Source: Salpingoeca rosetta (taxonomy: Eukaryota > Protista > Choanoflagellata). From it: a DNA stretch of 64,000 bases. Under the pieces are notes generated by a model. That model saw only the letters and a program-made list of their open reading frames with translations, searched no databases and had not been told where the DNA came from. Shown here piece by piece: positions 49,760 through 64,000 of this stretch. The stretch covers positions 565,843-629,842 of the forward strand of contig JAWQFM010000025.1 of NCBI GenBank assembly GCA_033442325.1, given 5' to 3'. The first letter of the stretch is position 1; each line of letters starts with the position of its first letter. A program made the translations under genes and the position numbers.

Positions 49760-51414
49760 GTGACTGGCGTCGCCGGGGGGGGGGAGACAAGGCTGTCTGC
49801 ACATCTCATTGTATTTATAGATGAACATTTGGGTTCGACAACATCGACCGACCCTCCAAGAGCAGGCCATGCGGATCAGCCACGCAGGAGGCGGTTCGCC
49901 TACTGGCAACAGGCTGAGCGAGACAGCGTACGCACCTTCTTCAACATCATGTTCTCCTGCCGGGAGCTGTACCACGACTTGCCCCAAGCCATGAGCAAGT
50001 GGTGCCTTGTCGACAGCGTGTTTTCGGAGCCCATCACATTCTTCGACGAAGACAGCACCAGGTTGCTTGGCCTTGGACAGCCCGCGTCGCGCGGCTTGCA
50101 GCCTGCCGATGCACACGCGACCACAGCACACGATGTCACCTCCGACCCTGCTGCCGCGCCATCCTTGGCTGTGTGGCTGGAGCACCGCTTCCTGGCTTAC
50201 AGCTGGCTCGGCGCAACCTGGCACAGCGATTGCCGTTTCCTCATCAGGTTGGCCACCACACCTCCGCTTCTTGGGCACGGGTTCTCGGATGTCTTTGCCA
50301 CTTGTGGCCGTGTGCGCTTTCGTGACCTGGATGCTGTCAGCCTATGGGCCAACGCGCCAGATCGTGGGGGGCAGCGTGCAGACACCTCCTCGACAGCTGT
50401 GTTGGCAGAGGCCACAGCCATGGGCGATTCCGTTTCCGCGAGCAGCACCACCCCTCAAGTGGTGCGAGAAGACCAGCAACACCAGCAACAGCAGGAACAG
50501 CAGTCTGTGCAACAAGACCAGCAGCAGGAAGACCTCCAGCAGCAAGACCAGGACGACCGAAAGGACCACCACCACCAGCAGCAGCAGCAACAGCAGCAGC
50601 AGACTGTGCTTTGTCCAGCCCTGTTCTTTCTCGACGCACAACTTCAAAACCAAGAAGCAGCCGACATATGGCACGAGCTTCGCCTCACCGCACTGGCCGG
50701 CACTTTACAATACAACGTGACTCTGCGCGTCGACGAACAGCTTGCTTTCCTCGCGGCCTCCGATATTGACACGCTCCGCATCGATGCCGCCAATGCACCC
50801 ATCGACACAGTCGCCTTCAGCAACGTGAGGCGCTTGGAGTTTGCGCTGCACAACACCATGGAAGCAATTCATGGCACATTCGAGCAGGTACACTGTGTTG
50901 CTCTCCAGAGCTGGCCTCCCATCGGACTTGGTTTTCCCTGGGCTAGGATTCCACAGGTCGGCGAGGATCAGAGAAGTCCATTGTGCGATGCCAGTGCGCT
51001 GGCAGGTATTCCCCACGTCGACCTGTCGAGGTGCCGAAACCAGATGGACCTCTCCCCACTCCACGGTGTGCGCAAGCTGCTGCTCTCCGAGTGCCTGTCA
51101 ACAAACATCCAGGCTGTGGTGGCAGCGGCTGATGACCTCGTCTTTCGCAGCGCTGTACTCACCGGCAACACCCTTGCCGCCACGCGTGTGGAACTCGGCA
51201 CTGCGCGTGCTGTGCCGCTTGATCTGGACCTCCCCAACGCCACCCACATCAGCCTTGTGGGCCCACGCGGCGTGATACAGCTTACGTGCCCGCCGTATCT
51301 GCGCCTGCTGAGGGACACACGCAACATGTCCATGCACGAACTCCGCCTGCCCGCCTTTGAGCATGCCGTGCATGTGGAGCTCTCAGTGGTAGACCTGGTG
51401 CGCCAGCAGCTCGC
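49760..51414 (+). CDS. Hypothetical protein with degenerate LRR-like C-terminal repeats; start uncertain, 3' end lost in gap
   Basis: More than 550 codons open; 'IPHVDLSRCRNQMDLSPLHGVRKLLLSEC' is LRR-like; polyQ insert. Confidence 0.6.
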
Positions 51415-51846
51415 NNNNNNNNNNNNNNNNNNNNNNNNNNNNNNNNNNNNNNNNNNNNNNNNNNNNNNNNNNNNNNNNNNNNNNNNNNNNNNNNNNNNNN
51501 NNNNNNNNNNNNNNCCGACCGATGCACAAAAAAAAACACAGAACTAATCACCATGCAAGAGCTCCCCACCACGAGCCTTATCCACGAGTCCCCTCGCTAT
51601 GTCAGCCTCAGGCACCTGATATGCCTCTCACATAAAATGATCGAACAACGAACCAATCTATAAGACAAACTCTGATCAACATATGGTCGCGAGTGTCTGT
51701 CTCGTCTTGAGTTAAACTGAATAGTATAATCACTTCTCTTCGGATTAACGAGACGAAGTGACTGCGCTGGTGAAATTTCAATCCATATTGCACCCCACCG
51801 AGATACAAAAAAAAAACAAAGATAAAAAATTAGAGTAAAACATAAG

Positions 51847-51887
<41 letters not shown>

Positions 51888-51998
51888 ACGTGTGCGTGGC
51901 CGTCTGTCTGTCCATCCGACCATCATGCCGTGTCTGTTCACAATCTCAATAACCCCCCCCCCCCCCCTGCGATCATCACCAACGATACGACACGATAG

Positions 51999-60216
<8,218 letters not shown>

Positions 60217-60464
60217 GTGTGCGTGTGCGTGTGTGTGAGTGTGAGTGTGAGTGTGTGCGTGTGTGTGTGTGTGTGTGTGTGCGTGCGTGTGTGTGTGTGT
60301 GTGCGTGTGTGTGCCTGCACGTGCTTGACTGTCATCGTGTCTGGGCTTTTGTCTCTGGGAGAGAACATCGCACATGTGTGAATCGCATTCCTACACGATC
60401 AAACCCCAGCGTTGTTCCACTGCCGCAGTCGCTCCACCTCCCTCTCACCACTGCCCTCAACCCA

Positions 60465-60521
<57 letters not shown>

Positions 60522-60532
60522 CACACACACGC

Positions 60533-60574
<42 letters not shown>

Positions 60575-60780
60575 ACACACACGCACACACACACACAAAT
60601 CATACAAGTGTCTACCGTGCCGCCTGTGTGTGATGAGACGAGTGTGCGCGCGTTTTCTCTGCAGAATCTATCTCCTCTCANNNNNNNNNNNNNNNNNNNN
60701 NNNNNNNNNNNNNNNNNNNNNNNNNNNNNNNNNNNNNNNNNNNNNNNNNNNNNNNNNNNNNNNNNNNNNNNNNNNNNNNN

Positions 60781-60854
<74 letters not shown>

Positions 60855-60906
60855 AGAGGCACAGACACACGCTGAGACGTATACACAGACACACACACCC
60901 CCCTAC

Positions 60907-61102
60907 CTTTGGATCGCCGTGGATGCCAAACTGCACGACGAATCGCTTGACGACGCGGAAGATGGACAGGCCCTTGATCGATGTCGCCGTCGGCTCGCAA
61001 AACCCGAGCTGCAGCCAGCGTGCACGTGCATGTCAGTTGAGGAGACAGAGCATGCGATTCAGCAAACAAACACACGCAGACACACGCAGACACACACACG
61101 CA

Positions 61103-61166
<64 letters not shown>

Positions 61167-62090
61167 GCCCCCTTCTCTTCTCCTCCCCCCCACACACACA
61201 CACCTGTACGAGTTCGTAGAAGCGATCGGCGCCGAGTGGGGACCATTCGCGGTGGATGCGAAGCGTAATGTCACCCTTCAGAGAGCGGTGCAAATCAGCA
61301 TGAAACACCAAGTTAGCGCCTGATCAGTCAAGCGAACCACAACTAACGTGTATACCACCACATCACCTGGCATCAAGTCAACATCTGTGGGCGTTTGTGC
61401 ACCTTTGTTGTCTTCATGAGCACGGAAAACTCCTCTGGGGCCTGTGGCACGTTGACGCATTCACAGCACTGGCTTGGCTCCATCGACATCAGCTTCCCAT
61501 ACGCGCAAGCCTCACTGAAAAACATGTCCATCACCTCAGCATGAGCCACTTGACGTGTGGAAAACGCAACTGCCGCATCCCCGCGCACATATGTATGGGC
61601 AGTGCGGCTACCAAACGAACCACAAGCACACCTCCAGCACACAAGGGCTCACACCTCGAGCACACAAGGGCTCACACCCACGCACTGACACATGCACACT
61701 AACAACACATGCGCTCTCACTACACTCGCTCAAAAGGCACTGCCACAGCCCTGTACAATGCCTTTATGCCTTGTACCTGGACGAGCAGTCGCAAGCTTCA
61801 GGCTGCTGCTCCTCCTCCTGTGCAGATGGTGTTGTTTCGCCGGCGCGGGCTTGTGCTGCAGCTGCATTGTTGCCGGTACCGTCACCCTTGTTGCTCAGTG
61901 GAACGGCGCCCTTGTTCAGGTGCACGTAAGAGGCCGAGTCTCCACCCCGCTCGTGCACGCGTGATCCCGCGTGATGCGCGCTGTCGTCGGTGTTGCTGCC
62001 ACCGCTGCTCATCAGAGCCACAAGCACCACCACCGCCACGACCGTGGCCAGCGCACCCCAGCGCACCTTCACCGCACTGCCCGCTGCCAT
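60907..62090 (-). CDS. Signal-anchored cyclophilin-type peptidyl-prolyl isomerase; 3' part lost in gap
   Basis: Exon 1 from 62090 with TM WGALATVVAVVVLVALM. Spliced product APEEFSVLMKTTK|GDITLRIHREWSPLGADRFYELVQ|LGF...IFRVVKRFVVQFGIHGDPK contains the cyclophilin FRVV..F..Q motif. Confidence 0.82.
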
Positions 62091-62634
62091 CGTCGCGTCT
62101 TCGCTGCTGCTCCTGTTCTGCTGTGGTTGCCTTTGCGCCATATCCACAACTGAATTCAGTTTCCACTTGAAAGACTGAATTTAGGCCACAGGGAAGTTTG
62201 GTGAATAACCTTAATTGATAATCGACAACGTCAAATTCGCCTTTCCTCAGCGGCCACAAAGTCAAGTTTGACTGCAGACGGTTGTGCCGCGCGGAATTCA
62301 AACGAGCAAACCCAACGATGTGAAACCGTTGCAGCGATGCTGCTGAGATGTGCGTGTGCTGCGTGTGCATGCACTCACACACACACACAACACACAGGCT
62401 GCCCGCCGGTACTTTCAAACAAACTGCAACAGCAGACCTTATTGTCATTCTTTGCCTCCTCGTTCCCCCACCACCGCCACCTTATCGACAACAGCAGTCG
62501 CATACACAAGCACCCCAACAACCACAAACACGCCACGTTCCGCAGCAAGTTGAGCTGACCTCCCATCGTCACAATTAGTGTCTGTGCGGCAGGTCTGTCT
62601 CCCTTCCCCCATCCATCCCTCTTCTCCCTCAACG

Positions 62635-63326
62635 ATGGCTGGTGGCCGATGCTGGAAGCCGTTGTTGCTGGCGCTGCTGGTAGCAGCGCTGTGCTGCGAG
62701 CAAGTGCTGGCCTTTTCCGTTTCTCCCGCAACCACGACGGTGTCGGAACTGAGCCAGGTGCGTTTGTGTGTTGGTTGGCTGCACGTCTGTGCGAGTGCAT
62801 TTGAATCAAGAGAAGCTGGATCCTGAGATGCGTCGCACAACGTTATTGGGCCTTGATTCACCCACACACACCACACATGCGCACAGGTTGTGCTGCAAGG
62901 CATGAACCCACCCGAGGATGCGACGTATGCGTTCCAGTGGCTGCATGATGGTGCACCGCTCGATCCAGACGTGAACCCATCAGCCGCATCCCAAGTGCTG
63001 GTCATCGAGACCATCCTCGCCAATGAGGCGGGAACGTAAGTGGCATGGTGTCTTGTGTGTGTCTGCGCGTGTGTGTCTGTGTCTGCGTATGCGCGCGTGT
63101 GTGCGTGTGTGCGTCGGTTGTCATGCATGGTTACACCATTTGTTGTTATGCGCGTGATTGCATCAGCCATTCATCGGTCTTTTCCTGCATTGTTTTGCCT
63201 CGCTGCATCGTTTCCTCGCAACAGGTATGTGCTCCGTGCCACTGCGACGAATGGAAATGCGGTCGTGGACTCATCCCCTGCCACCGTGATGGTCAACTTT
63301 GCGCCGCGCATCCTCCAGCAGCCGCC
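62635..63326 (+). CDS. Secreted or membrane protein with immunoglobulin-like domain(s); 5' fragment
   Basis: Signal peptide; exons 62635-62757, 62888-63035, 63225-63326: VSPATTTVSELSQVVL...FQWLHDG.PL...LVI..I...EAGTYVLRAT...SSPATVMV, then 'APRILQQP' opening a second Ig-like domain. Confidence 0.75.
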
Positions 63327-63438
63327 GTAAGCACCGCCACTGGTTGCACACACACACACACACGCATGCGTGAGAAACCATGCACTGTATGTCGTTTCTA
63401 GGTCATGGGGCAACCAACAGCAGCCAGATGAACTAACA

Positions 63439-63469
<31 letters not shown>

Positions 63470-63473
63470 ACAC

Positions 63474-63508
<35 letters not shown>

Positions 63509-63523
63509 CACAACACACACACT

Positions 63524-63574
<51 letters not shown>

Positions 63575-63882
63575 AGCGTGGTGCGATAGGGATAACTCTT
63601 TATGTCGTCGGCGCTCTAGTCTCCTAGCCGCAGAACAGTCAATAGGTATGTTGATTACAGTTGATCACAGCGCGAGCTGAAAATCTGTGGGGTAGCCGAA
63701 TGCTATCTTATGCAGATATACACTTATTAGCGCGGGAACGAGCTGTAGAGCTGGGGGTGGCGCTTCCGACGCTCTTCTGGGGNNNNNNNNNNNNNNNNNN
63801 NNNNNNNNNNNNNNNNNNNNNNNNNNNNNNNNNNNNNNNNNNNNNNNNNNNNNNNNNNNNNNNNNNNNNNNNNNNNNNNNNN

Positions 63883-64000
63883 GATCTGCCGCTTGGCAGT
63901 GCGTTCTTGCTTCATACATAGACACACATGAGTTCATACATTGCCACAGCACCCAGGTGATATTGTTTGGTGTGGTTGGTTCTCAGTGCCCGTCGAGACA
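63883..64000 (+). repeat. Dispersed direct repeat, copy 2 (matches 47407-47524), runs off the window end
   Basis: 118 bp near-identical match. Confidence 0.93.

Noticed and set aside
63571-63782. Foreign-looking sequence after (CA)n containing TAGGGATAAC (half an I-SceI site)
   Set aside because: It runs into a gap after a long microsatellite, typical of out-of-phase read ends. A 10-bp match is plausible by chance and the rest of the site is absent.

Overview
Intron-rich eukaryotic genomic DNA, GC-rich and saturated with (GT)n/(CA)n, (CT)n and triplet microsatellites, with eight N gaps (34608-34747, 37633-37732, 39478-39828, 45896-46229, 51415-51514, 54444-54543, 60681-60780, 63783-63882). 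The sequence style and gene content (SH2, PTP, RasGAP, Ig and COLFI-like domains) suggest a choanoflagellate such as Salpingoeca rosetta; this is an inference. Most ORF-track entries are microsatellite artefacts, so I built the genes by hand from GT-AG junctions and reading-frame phase. In order the window holds: a 3'-truncated hypothetical gene (-); a DDX24/MAK5-type DEAD-box helicase (+); a secreted COLFI/fibrinogen-like protein (+); a secreted beta-propeller (+); a Q/H-rich degenerate bHLH protein (-); about 22 kb of low-complexity orphan ORFs; a receptor with a periplasmic-binding-like ectodomain, TM helix, intact kinase and class III cyclase (+); a secreted receptor-L/LRR solenoid protein (-); an LRR-like orphan (+); an SH2-PTP-RasGAP fusion gene (+); a signal-anchored cyclophilin (-); and the start of an Ig-domain protein (+). 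The top observations are: (1) the single-chain SH2-PTP-RasGAP; (2) three unrelated secreted proteins that share a cubilin-N-terminus-like beta module plus coiled coil; (3) introns with complementary GT-rich 5' ends and CA-rich 3' ends; (4) a roughly 535-bp compositionally foreign island inside an intronic (TG)n tract.
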